From IMG/VR virus record IMGVR_UViG_3300008117_000088, positions 32,031 through 96,030 of that record: a stretch of DNA of 64,000 bases; one strand, given 5' to 3'. This document shows, in pieces, positions 18,948 to 27,437 of this stretch (positions within the stretch are counted from its first letter, which is position 1; each line of letters starts with the position of its first letter). The position numbers and the translations under genes were made by a program. The notes under the pieces were generated by a model, which was not told the origin of the DNA, searched no databases, and worked only from the letters and a program-made list of their open reading frames with translations. Source of the DNA: a virus.

Positions 18948-20444
18948 TTACGCCGTAGTAACGGTGGTGCCACCGTCAAACTGACCGATTTTAATAACTA
19001 CGAACTCGGCTGGGCGTTGTAGAGCCACACCAACTTCGATGTTAACTAATCCAGCGTCAATGGACTGTTGTGGGTTCAATTCAGCGTCACATTTTACATA
19101 AAATGCTTGTGCTGGGATTGAGCCACGTAGACCGCCTGAGCGCCAGAAGTTATTTAAGAAGCCTTCCAAAGTTGCAACAATTCGACGCCAAGTCTTTTCA
19201 TCGTTTGGCTCAAAGATTGCGAACTGGGTTAGCTCTGATAAGGACTTGCGTAGATAGATGAGAGTACGACGAACTGGAACATACTTGTCTACGTATGAAC
19301 CAAGAAGCGTGCGTGAACCCATAACTACAATTCCTGAACCAGGAACAAACTTGATTGCGTTAACTGCAGCCGCGTTGCTGTTCATTCCATCCAACTGAGC
19401 GTTGGTTAGTGGACGAACTGAAACTGCGCCTCCAACTCGAGTGCTGAGACCAGCAGGTGCCTTAAAGACTCCTCGAGCTGCATCGGTTCCTAGGTATAGA
19501 CCAACAATTGCTCCACCTGGTGCTACTTCACGAGTAACTCCTGGGGTTGTAACTGCTGGGTCTTTAATTGTGATTGGTGGGTAGTACACAGCACCGTAAG
19601 AGGTAGCTGTATAAGAATCTGCTCTTGTAATTTGATTATCTACAGATCCAAAAACTGGGTCAATAACAACAAATACGTCTCCGCGGTTTGATGCGTAGGT
19701 AGTCATTGCGTTGACAGCAGCTGCTTCTGTAACTCCAGGAGCGTTTAGAACTAGCGAGTTCAAGACAGTATCAAAACGAACAACTTCGTTAGATATTTCT
19801 ACCTCACTAACAGAACCAGTTCCGTTAGTTCCACCAGCTAATGATTGGTTTGTAGAAACTACTGGTAGTCGGGCTGAGCCGGTAGCAGTAGATCCTTCAT
19901 CAACAGCTGAGATGAACTTAGATTGAGAATTGATGATATCAATCACATAGCGATCGTTACCAGGTGTCATAGAAAGATCTGTGTATCTTTCTACAACATT
20001 GCTATTTGCGGTTCCACCAAACTTTACAGTGATGTCTACATTGTTTGCTGTAGCAGAGTTCGCAATGCTGATATTAATGTCATTTCCCCAAGCACCAGCA
20101 TTCTTTGAATTGATGGTGAGGGTAGCGTCTGCCGTTGGGGTGACGCGGTCATTAAATGTACGGGTAGCAACGTCTGCATCAGCATTTGCTGCACGCAAGA
20201 AGTATGCTTGATTACCACCGTTTGAGAAGAACAACAGCGCTGCAACGTGCAACGGTGAGTCGTTCTCCCAGCCACCATACAGACTGACGTATTGACTCCA
20301 AGATGTGACCAGAGTTGGAACAAGCGGACCACGATCTACGACGCCAACAAATGCAGCGATGGACTGTGAAGTGGCACTTTGAACTGGGGTTACTAAGTTA
20401 AGGGATTCCTCAACATAGACACCAGGCCGAAGGTATACAGCCAT
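18948..20444 (-). CDS. tail sheath protein
   Basis: YLRPGVYVEE, RGVFKAPAG, YVPVRR, FEPNDEKTW, RPAEFVVI. Confidence 0.96.
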   Translation of the reverse strand: MAVYLRPGVYVEESLNLVTPVQSATSQSIAAFVGVVDRGPLVPTLVTSWSQYVSLYGGWENDSPLHVAALLFFSNGGNQAYFLRAANADADVATRTFNDRVTPTADATLTINSKNAGAWGNDINISIANSATANNVDITVKFGGTANSNVVERYTDLSMTPGNDRYVIDIINSQSKFISAVDEGSTATGSARLPVVSTNQSLAGGTNGTGSVSEVEISNEVVRFDTVLNSLVLNAPGVTEAAAVNAMTTYASNRGDVFVVIDPVFGSVDNQITRADSYTATSYGAVYYPPITIKDPAVTTPGVTREVAPGGAIVGLYLGTDAARGVFKAPAGLSTRVGGAVSVRPLTNAQLDGMNSNAAAVNAIKFVPGSGIVVMGSRTLLGSYVDKYVPVRRTLIYLRKSLSELTQFAIFEPNDEKTWRRIVATLEGFLNNFWRSGGLRGSIPAQAFYVKCDAELNPQQSIDAGLVNIEVGVALQRPAEFVVIKIGQFDGGTTVTTA

Positions 20445-20482
20445 TATTTATCTCCTTTGATTTTATCTAGTTTGCACATATG

Positions 20483-21103
20483 TTAAACCAACTCGAATCC
20501 CGAAGGGGGGTTCCCTGTTGTCATGATGTTTGCCGATTGAATCTGTGGTGTTGGAACAGACGGCGTGTAAGGCGTCATTTCACTTACCACTCTGATACTA
20601 AAGACGTTTCTTAGTAAACGTCTTCCATCCTCAATGGAGTCGCGTTTTACGAATCCCTCGAGAAACATATGCCTAGCAACATAGCCATTGCCATTCGCTT
20701 GCGGAATGATGAGGTGACCATATTTGCCAGGAATTTTTCTATTTAGCATTTCAAAAATTATTGTTCTATCGTGGCGTGGGTGACGAGCAAAAGAACTAAC
20801 TTGATAATAAAGATCGTAGACCACTGGGGCGTAGTAACTGTGTCTAGCGTTGCTTGACGCTTGTTGAGTTCCACGATTGGTGTTATCAATCCAAAAACCA
20901 GAACTTTGACGATCGTTAGCCGGTTGAATGTCAAACAAGTCAATAACCATGTATGGGTATTCTTGAGCTTTTAACTCTACGTCCGGATAACCAAACCATA
21001 CTTTTACAGGTCTTGTGCTGTCTTTTGCATCTTGCACTTGAATGCCTTGAAGATGTGTTTTAAGAGCCTTGTCTTCTGCATACAAAAATGATGTGTCGCT
21101 CAT
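20483..21103 (-). CDS. tail terminator/completion protein (Pvc16-like)
   Basis: Position upstream of sheath; YDLYYQVS..RHPRHDR. Confidence 0.65.
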   Translation of the reverse strand: MSDTSFLYAEDKALKTHLQGIQVQDAKDSTRPVKVWFGYPDVELKAQEYPYMVIDLFDIQPANDRQSSGFWIDNTNRGTQQASSNARHSYYAPVVYDLYYQVSSFARHPRHDRTIIFEMLNRKIPGKYGHLIIPQANGNGYVARHMFLEGFVKRDSIEDGRRLLRNVFSIRVVSEMTPYTPSVPTPQIQSANIMTTGNPPSGFELV

Positions 21104-21417
21104 GGCAGAATCCCCTTATCAAATAAGTAATCAAGTGCATCGCCTTCAATCGCTTCTCTAATTGCTACATCTGCTTTAGTCATAAAGGGGCGGATTACTA
21201 CAGTAGGAGGTCTATCCTCAGTTCCGTATTCAAGATTAAATATTTCATCTTCACGGAACTCAAAATACTCAAGTGAAATTACACCCTTATTTTGGGTTAG
21301 TTCAATTGGATTACCCCAGCCAGCATCGGCCGTCGCTTCTTGAAGAAGAGGATCTAACTCCTCAACCAGACTTTCGGCTAAACGCGGGGCACGTGCTTCG
21401 AAGCTATTAGTGTTCAC
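21100..21417 (-). CDS. neck/tail completion protein (HK97 gp10-like)
   Basis: LEYGT..PP..IRPF motif. Confidence 0.6.
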   Translation of the reverse strand: MNTNSFEARAPRLAESLVEELDPLLQEATADAGWGNPIELTQNKGVISLEYFEFREDEIFNLEYGTEDRPPTVVIRPFMTKADVAIREAIEGDALDYLFDKGILP

Positions 21418-21578
21418 TTCTTTTTCTTTTTCTTTACCTTCTTGACGCCGTATAGAGCACCAAGTCCGATGGCTGCGTAGGTCATGGCAGATTCTTTTGC
21501 GCCTGGGGCATTTTCAATAATGCCTTTATAGAAATCAACCTCAGTGGGTCTATCTATCCAGTCTTTGTAGCCAGACAT
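21414..21578 (-). CDS. small protein with hydrophobic segment and Lys tail
   Basis: Start revised to ATG 21578 (GGAG RBS); MSGYKDW..AAIGLGALYGVKKVKKKKKK. Confidence 0.6.
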   Translation of the reverse strand: MSGYKDWIDRPTEVDFYKGIIENAPGAKESAMTYAAIGLGALYGVKKVKKKKKK

Positions 21579-21663
21579 AGCATGCTCCAATCGGAGTTCG
21601 CAGGTACTCGTACGCAAAAGGGTAAAGCCACTCCCCGCATGGGAGTTACCACTATAGTAAATG

Positions 21664-21685
21664 AAAAAGCCCCCTTGCGGGGGCT
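21664..21685 (-). terminator. intrinsic terminator
   Basis: AGCCCCC-GCAA-GGGGGCT followed by TTTT on minus strand. Confidence 0.85.
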
Positions 21686-21691
21686 AATTCG

Positions 21692-21886
21692 CTATTTCTT
21701 CCGTTTTGCTTTTATGCCTTTAATAATCTTGGCATCAATTTTTCGGTCTTCTTCTAGGGTCTTTGGCTTCTTCTTTTTACCGTGGGCTGTGTCCTTTTTT
21801 TCAAACTCAGCCTTTTCTTTTTTAGACAGCCCTTTTGTCATTTTGGCGTCTTTTTTTTCGTCAGCCTCTTTTGTGTATTTAGCCAT
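21692..21886 (-). CDS. small Lys-rich protein
   Basis: ORF track; TAATG coupling. Confidence 0.75.
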   Translation of the reverse strand: MAKYTKEADEKKDAKMTKGLSKKEKAEFEKKDTAHGKKKKPKTLEEDRKIDAKIIKGIKAKRKK

Positions 21887-22014
21887 TATTTTTTCTTAGC
21901 TTTCTTGTCTTTTGCATTTGCACCCTTCTTTGCAGCAAACTTCTTGTTCGCCGCCTTGAGGGTCTTCATCCCGTGTTTGTCCTTGGGACGGCCACAGCCG
22001 CAGGTCGCGCACAC
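21886..22014 (-). CDS. 42-aa Lys-rich protein, N-terminal MCATCGCG
   Basis: Read by hand (GTG start): MCATCGCGRPKDKHGMKTLKAANKKFAAKKGANAKDKKAKKK; stop/start overlaps on both sides. Confidence 0.72.
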   Translation of the reverse strand: MCATCGCGRPKDKHGMKTLKAANKKFAAKKGANAKDKKAKKK

Positions 22015-22154
22015 TACTTTTTCTTCTTCTTACGTAGAGCTGCAAAATCAGCCCCATCAAGCTTCTTCTTATCGCCAGCTTTGCCAGCAATTTTCTTTTG
22101 CTTTGGGGAAAGCTTCTTGCTTCCCTTTCCACCGCAACCACATGTAGCACACAT
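22014..22154 (-). CDS. 46-aa Lys-rich protein, N-terminal MCATCGCG
   Basis: Read by hand: MCATCGCGGKGSKKLSPKQKKIAGKAGDKKKLDGADFAALRKKKKK; TAATG/TAGTG coupling. Confidence 0.72.
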   Translation of the reverse strand: MCATCGCGGKGSKKLSPKQKKIAGKAGDKKKLDGADFAALRKKKKK

Positions 22155-22300
22155 TACTTTTTACCTGCTTTCTGTTTTTTGGGTTTTGCGACCTTGCTCT
22201 TACCGGATCCTTCTGGTACACAGTTAGGAACCTTCTTACCGTTCTTTGTTTTAAAACCTACTTGGACATAGCCGTCCCAGCATGGACCTTGCTTTGCCAT
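22154..22300 (-). CDS. 48-aa basic protein (CWxGY..VPNCVP)
   Basis: Read by hand: MAKQGPCWDGYVQVGFKTKNGKKVPNCVPEGSGKSKVAKPKKQKAGKK. Confidence 0.72.
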   Translation of the reverse strand: MAKQGPCWDGYVQVGFKTKNGKKVPNCVPEGSGKSKVAKPKKQKAGKK

Positions 22301-22506
22301 CATTTACCTTTCTTGTGCGGGTTCTTCTTGTGCCAGTCCTTCACGGCTTTTACGCCTTGCTTGACTGTCTTAGACCCACCATTCTTTGTCAAATTAATCT
22401 TATCCCACTTACCGGCTGACTTGCCTTCGTGGTCAACAATGACATCGCCCTTTTTATTCTTTTTAACGGTGTGCTTCATGCCGCCAACTTTAAGAGTTTT
22501 ACCCAT
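22300..22506 (-). CDS. small Lys-rich protein
   Basis: ORF track; coupled to neighbours. Confidence 0.72.
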   Translation of the reverse strand: MGKTLKVGGMKHTVKKNKKGDVIVDHEGKSAGKWDKINLTKNGGSKTVKQGVKAVKDWHKKNPHKKGK

Positions 22507-22508
22507 AA

Positions 22509-22670
22509 TTATTTACTCTTATAACGAATAGTTGCTTTAGGGCGTCTAGCAATCCCGCCTTTTTTACGACGAGACTTTGCTCCACCAGAACGATATTTGC
22601 TTTGATCTAACTCAATAGAAATATTCTTAGTTGGGTTTTTACCAACTGTGTCTCCGATACGACGTGGCAT
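22509..22670 (-). CDS. small Arg/Lys-rich protein
   Basis: Start revised to ATG 22670 after AGGAG. Confidence 0.65.
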   Translation of the reverse strand: MPRRIGDTVGKNPTKNISIELDQSKYRSGGAKSRRKKGGIARRPKATIRYKSK

Positions 22671-22677
22671 ATGTCTC

Positions 22678-23217
22678 CTAAGAAGCAGGTTGTGCGTAGG
22701 CCTGGAACTGTTCATCATTAACCAGTTCGTCTGGCATCAGCTGAATCATGTTCAGGGTAATAAGTGTACCGCGGTCATCAATGTATCCGTCAGGCTGTGT
22801 GTGGTATGGCCTAAAAACTTGACCTTTCCATACGCAACGGTAACGGTTTGCTTCCTGTAGGCGAGCGCGAAACTCACCGCGCTTGTCAAACAACTGAGGG
22901 CTTACCCTGTACAGGTCATCAATGTTTATAGTTAGGTTTAACGTATCGGCTGCGTAGAAACCTCGTTGATCCATAGGTGACTTACCCATTTGTAAATCAG
23001 CGCTAACAATATGAAGCACTTTTGGACCAACCCAGACACGGCCGCCAGAGATAGACTCAACATCGTAAATAGGGTCGGTAGTAGTAGAAGAAGTGTCGTA
23101 CTCCCACCATTCTGCGTGAGTACCAAATGGGTTAGTTGAATCCCACGTAATGCCGTCTCCGACCTCGTTTAGTTCAAAATCAATGGTGAACCTTCCACCC
23201 GGCTCAAAGGATCTCAT
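22678..23217 (-). CDS. putative head closure/neck protein
   Basis: DPIYD, RGFY..DTL, WKGQVFRP pattern; structural context. Confidence 0.55.
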   Translation of the reverse strand: MRSFEPGGRFTIDFELNEVGDGITWDSTNPFGTHAEWWEYDTSSTTTDPIYDVESISGGRVWVGPKVLHIVSADLQMGKSPMDQRGFYAADTLNLTINIDDLYRVSPQLFDKRGEFRARLQEANRYRCVWKGQVFRPYHTQPDGYIDDRGTLITLNMIQLMPDELVNDEQFQAYAQPAS

Positions 23218-23225
23218 GCCACCCC

Positions 23226-24275
23226 TTATTCACTGTAGAAGACTAGGTTACGCTTTAGGCGCTCGTCTGTAGGGTTTAACTCAACCGCCTTTTCGCCGTA
23301 CTCCTTTGCTTTGTCTGTAAGTCCTAAATGATGTGAGGCAATTGCCGCATAATCGTATGGTGCCGAACCCCATGCAAACTCTTCGCATAAGTACTCAAGT
23401 GGTTTTTCTGTAATACGAAGCGCCTCTTCCGCTACGTCAAGGCAGTCAAACCAACGGTTGTTTTCATAATAAAGTTTGGCTAACTCTACGTAAGCCTCCC
23501 GTCTATCTGGTGCTTCTTCAACGGCTTTTTTAAACCAATCTTCAGCTCCCATAAAATCATCAGACATCTTTGCAATGTAACGCATAGATGCTGCTCTTTC
23601 AGGTTTCCACACTGCCCGTGGTAGAGATAAGTGACGCTTAAACTCTTCTGTTGCTTCTGCAAACTTTCCATAAAAGAATAATTCTCTGGCGTAGTAAAAC
23701 GCGTTCCTATCATCGTGTGGGTCTTCAATTACAGATTGAGCCAATAACGGGAAATACTGAGAGCGTGGTTTAGTGTCGTCTGGGTGATGATGGATCTCAA
23801 GTCCTACCCAATTTTCAATTTGTTGTATTCGATCAGTTACCAATACTTCGTGGACAGGATGCTTCCAACGATAGCCGTGGCGTTTGTGGATCTTGTCTCC
23901 ACCATACTGAAGACCAGGAGACCCGTCGGGGTTCCAGTTCCAGGTGTATTTGTAGCGTGGTCTGGTTGTTTGTGTTGGGACAGCCTCTAGGTGTTTACGC
24001 CATCCTTCAACTAATACCTCATCCATATCCAAAGCAATACAGTAGTCAATATCATTTGGAAGCGCTGCAAGGGATGCATTGCGTGCATCGTCAAACCGCC
24101 AAGGTTTTACAGAAATAGATATAACATTGATACCAAGTTCTTTGGCTAGTTCAACCGTATTGTCTGTAGACCCGGTGTCCGCAATTAATAAGTAGTCAGC
24201 TTCTTTAGCGGACTCATACCACTTATGAACAAATTGTTGTTCATTAAGGGCGATTGTGTAAACCGCTATTTTCAT
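23226..24275 (-). CDS. GT2 glycosyltransferase with C-terminal TPRs
   Basis: IALNE, DTGSTD, FDDARNASL, LDMDE (DxD), HPVHE; TPR helices. Confidence 0.92.
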   Translation of the reverse strand: MKIAVYTIALNEQQFVHKWYESAKEADYLLIADTGSTDNTVELAKELGINVISISVKPWRFDDARNASLAALPNDIDYCIALDMDEVLVEGWRKHLEAVPTQTTRPRYKYTWNWNPDGSPGLQYGGDKIHKRHGYRWKHPVHEVLVTDRIQQIENWVGLEIHHHPDDTKPRSQYFPLLAQSVIEDPHDDRNAFYYARELFFYGKFAEATEEFKRHLSLPRAVWKPERAASMRYIAKMSDDFMGAEDWFKKAVEEAPDRREAYVELAKLYYENNRWFDCLDVAEEALRITEKPLEYLCEEFAWGSAPYDYAAIASHHLGLTDKAKEYGEKAVELNPTDERLKRNLVFYSE

Positions 24276-24493
24276 TAGCTAAGGGCTGCTAGTTTTTCCT
24301 TATGAAAAGCCAAAGCGTTTTTTACGCCTTCAACAGCAACTCGGTACTTTTCTGCCGTTTCTTCTTGGTTTTGAGAAACAGAAAATAAGTAGTTAAGCTC
24401 TAAAGAATATCCGTCTTTAGAAAGTTTATTTATTCTTTCAATAAGAACGTCTTTCTTTGTTTCTACGTCTAAACCCCAGTCAATGTCTTCCAT
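24275..24493 (-). CDS. hypothetical protein
   Basis: AAGGAG RBS, helical. Confidence 0.65.
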   Translation of the reverse strand: MEDIDWGLDVETKKDVLIERINKLSKDGYSLELNYLFSVSQNQEETAEKYRVAVEGVKNALAFHKEKLAALS

Positions 24494-24501
24494 GATTCTC
24501 C

Positions 24502-24630
24502 TTATTCTTCGTTTGGTGCCACCATATCATATCCGATTACTTCTCCTGTATCGGCATTCTTGACTTCAAATTTCTCAAAGCCTGAAGCATCTTTTCCAAG
24601 GCTTGTTTTAATTACATTAATAGATGTCAT
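24502..24630 (-). CDS. 42-aa hypothetical protein (possible fibre partner)
   Basis: Read by hand MTSINVIKTSLGKDASGFEKFEVKNADTGEVIGYDMVAPNEE; ATGA overlap. Confidence 0.55.
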   Translation of the reverse strand: MTSINVIKTSLGKDASGFEKFEVKNADTGEVIGYDMVAPNEE

Positions 24631-26351
24631 ATGAACCTCGCCCAATATCCGTTAGATGTGTTGTTAAGTGGTGTGGCTGAAGAGGGTAGATCTGACTGAC
24701 TGTCTAAGTAGCCACGCATGACTGGTGATAGTGCGTTTAAAACCGCTGGTGGGTAACCAAAGGCAAGGTAGCCGGTACCAGGGGTTGTAGCAATAACAAG
24801 GATTGCAAAGCCGTAGCGTTGTCCAGCCTGGAACGTTACAGAAGAACTTAGATTTCTTGTGTAAACAGTGTTACGTGTTCCAAAAATAGTAATGTCGTTT
24901 GCTGTGCTTGCCAACAGTGTGGCTGTAGTCTCATCAAAAGAGTAAACACCCATCTTAATAAGGGTAGCGCCAGTAGTTGCTGTACCAGCAGATGCCACCG
25001 ATACAGTTGATGCGGTATGGGTGTGAAGCGGGCTAAAGAAGCTCCAGTAAACAGTTCCGCTAGTAAACGAGGCAGAACGGTTGTCATAACGAGGGGCTAC
25101 ATCGATGTATGTATCAGACAACTCCATACGAGCCTGCACTCGATTAATAAGAGCTATCTCTCCAGAAGCATTTGGCAACGTAAGTGTACGGTCTGCAGTT
25201 GGGTCTGTTACTTGAAGGGTAGTCTCAAACGCATCTGCGGTTGCTCCTTCAAAAACAATTGAAGATCCAACAGTAAGACCACTAAAGGTTGGGGTTGTAA
25301 TAGTTCCACCTAAAGAAACCGTGTCAGTTCCAATAGTTATAGAGGAGTTCGCTAACTTAACGTTAGTCACATTTCCATCAACTATTTTTGCTGTAGTAAC
25401 AGTGTTGTCGGTTGGGGTACGGGTGTCGGAGAGTCGAGTATCTGTTCCATAAACAACTTCTGTTGCTGAAGCGTTTCCAGTAGCGGGAATGTCTTTTGTA
25501 GATGACGTTCCAAGACCAGTAACTTGAGTGTTTGCAATTGACAATAATGTTTGATCAATACCAATAACTGCAGCAATATTTGTTCCAGTATTTGTTATAG
25601 GACCTGTTACAGATACAACTCCTGTAGCCCCAGTAGGGCCAGTAGGACCGGTTACTGTTGAGTCAGCTCCCGTAGGACCGGTTGGACCAGTAGGTCCTGT
25701 GGGACCAGTAGGACCAGTTACATTAGAGTCTGCGCCTGTTGGACCGGTTGGTCCTGTGGGCCCTGTTGCTCCAACAATTTGACCAGCGCTGTACCAAGTT
25801 GTTCCATCCCAAACGTACACATCTCCATCTGCATCAACAATATACGCATCGTTAATGTCATTTCCTGTTGACGGAAGATCAACAACGTTAGCAACACTAC
25901 CTATTAAAGTAATAGGAACACCTTGAGGACCTTGTGGTCCAGTAGGTCCAGTAGGTCCGGTTGGTCCAGTTACTGTTGAATCTGCGCCGGTTGGTCCAGT
26001 TGAACCCGTAGGACCCGTTGGTCCAGTTGGACCAGTTGGTCCAGTTGGACCCGTTACACCTTGAGGAATTCCAAAATTATAAATTGCCGATGAAGCTGTT
26101 CCAGTATTAGTTACTGTTGCTGATGCTCCAGGACCTAATGTTGTTACTGCACCAATAGTGGCTGTAGAACTTGGACCAGTAGGACCAGTTACACCTGAAG
26201 AGTATTGAAGACCAGACCACGGAGTTGTACCTGTGCCAACTTTAAATCTACCAGTATCAAATTCATAACCAACTTCACCTTGTGAAAGTGTTGGGTTATT
26301 AGTTGTCCAGTTAGCTGCGGTGTCACGTCTGAATTGAATCTTTACAGCCAT
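24627..26351 (-). CDS. collagen-like (GPT)n fibre with Mtd_N/hyaluronidase-type N-terminal domain
   Basis: IQFRRDTAANW..LSQGEVGYEFDTGRFKVG; two GPT tracts; FEGATADAFETTL..DRTLTLP fibre motif. Confidence 0.85.
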   Translation of the reverse strand: MAVKIQFRRDTAANWTTNNPTLSQGEVGYEFDTGRFKVGTGTTPWSGLQYSSGVTGPTGPSSTATIGAVTTLGPGASATVTNTGTASSAIYNFGIPQGVTGPTGPTGPTGPTGPTGSTGPTGADSTVTGPTGPTGPTGPQGPQGVPITLIGSVANVVDLPSTGNDINDAYIVDADGDVYVWDGTTWYSAGQIVGATGPTGPTGPTGADSNVTGPTGPTGPTGPTGPTGADSTVTGPTGPTGATGVVSVTGPITNTGTNIAAVIGIDQTLLSIANTQVTGLGTSSTKDIPATGNASATEVVYGTDTRLSDTRTPTDNTVTTAKIVDGNVTNVKLANSSITIGTDTVSLGGTITTPTFSGLTVGSSIVFEGATADAFETTLQVTDPTADRTLTLPNASGEIALINRVQARMELSDTYIDVAPRYDNRSASFTSGTVYWSFFSPLHTHTASTVSVASAGTATTGATLIKMGVYSFDETTATLLASTANDITIFGTRNTVYTRNLSSSVTFQAGQRYGFAILVIATTPGTGYLAFGYPPAVLNALSPVMRGYLDSQSDLPSSATPLNNTSNGYWARFI

Positions 26352-26708
26352 TTACACTCCTAATGCATTTCCGCAGTCGATTGTGGGAGTACCACCATAT
26401 ATTGTAGAGGCTTGACCGCCATCTATATTCTGAAAAATAGGACCAGTTGGTCCTGTTGGTCCGGTGGGACCTGTAGGACCAGTAACAGCGGGACCTGTAG
26501 GTCCCAAAGGTCCTGTTGGTCCGGTAGATCCAGTTGGTCCAGTTAAACCTAAAGGTCCAGTCGGACCAGTGGGACCTAAAGGTCCAGTTGGTCCAGTTGC
26601 TCCTTGAGAGTTACTGATACGCCAAACTGATCCATCCCAGTACCAAGTAACATCGCCAACCGTAAACAGTTCGTTTAGCGCAGGGCTATTAGGGAAGTCA
26701 ATTGGCAT
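26352..26708 (-). CDS. short collagen-like (GPT)n protein
   Basis: [20 protein letters not shown] tract, IDGG C-terminus. Confidence 0.85.
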   Translation of the reverse strand: MPIDFPNSPALNELFTVGDVTWYWDGSVWRISNSQGATGPTGPLGPTGPTGPLGLTGPTGSTGPTGPLGPTGPAVTGPTGPTGPTGPTGPIFQNIDGGQASTIYGGTPTIDCGNALGV

Positions 26709-26730
26709 AGGAAAAAGTGTATCTCTTTAC

Positions 26731-27417
26731 TTATTCAAAAGTCTTCTTAACCCACCAGTGCTTTCTATATCCACCAGTTATGTACTTAGATATAGACCAA
26801 ATCTGTTTATCAGCCCAGTCAGGATCGTACTCTGCTACTTCCGATTTCCATCCTTCTCTTTTTATAGGTACCACCTGAATGATTGGAGTGCCTTCAGGGA
26901 TAACTCCTTCAAAACCTTCTTTTAAAAAGAAGGGGATACCCCCACCGGCTGAAAATCCATCAGATTCTACAAAACCATTGGTTGTAGTAAAGGGCAGATC
27001 AAATCTATTAAATGGGTGAGTAAATAAGCAGCTATACCCTTCCGGAACTTCTATTCCCCAAGTTGTGTTCCAAGCATATAGATCGTGATCGTGACCTGCT
27101 GGTCTAGGTAATTCAGTAGCCATGTCTTTTGGACGAACTTCTAACGGAGAAGATATTTGGTTTCTTGCACCATTCCAAGCAAATCCAACCCTACCGTTTT
27201 TTCGTTCTATAAGAACATCCCCGGGCAAGGTAATGCAGTAGCCGGCAGTCATTGCTTCTAAAAATGGAATACAAAGTTTTATGTCTTTGTTTACTCCTCC
27301 ACCTTCAAGAATTTCAGGCTTACCACTACGCCAACGTTTTGATTTTTTGTACCAATCTGGAACAAATGCTCGTGCAGGCTTAGGGGGAGAGTGCAGCTTA
27401 GCCACACTCTCTTCCAT
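26731..27417 (-). CDS. DUF6065-like protein (paralogue of 54135-54872)
   Basis: PDWYK, CIPFLEAMTAGY, HPFNRFDLPF, GTPIIQVVP; start slightly uncertain. Confidence 0.6.
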   Translation of the reverse strand: MEESVAKLHSPPKPARAFVPDWYKKSKRWRSGKPEILEGGGVNKDIKLCIPFLEAMTAGYCITLPGDVLIERKNGRVGFAWNGARNQISSPLEVRPKDMATELPRPAGHDHDLYAWNTTWGIEVPEGYSCLFTHPFNRFDLPFTTTNGFVESDGFSAGGGIPFFLKEGFEGVIPEGTPIIQVVPIKREGWKSEVAEYDPDWADKQIWSISKYITGGYRKHWWVKKTFE

Positions 27418-27437
27418 AGCTCTAAAAGTTATCTTTT

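Noticed and set aside
24627-26351. Diversity-generating retroelement suggested by the Mtd_N domain
   Set aside because: No reverse transcriptase or TR/VR pair with adenine-specific mismatches is seen in the window.
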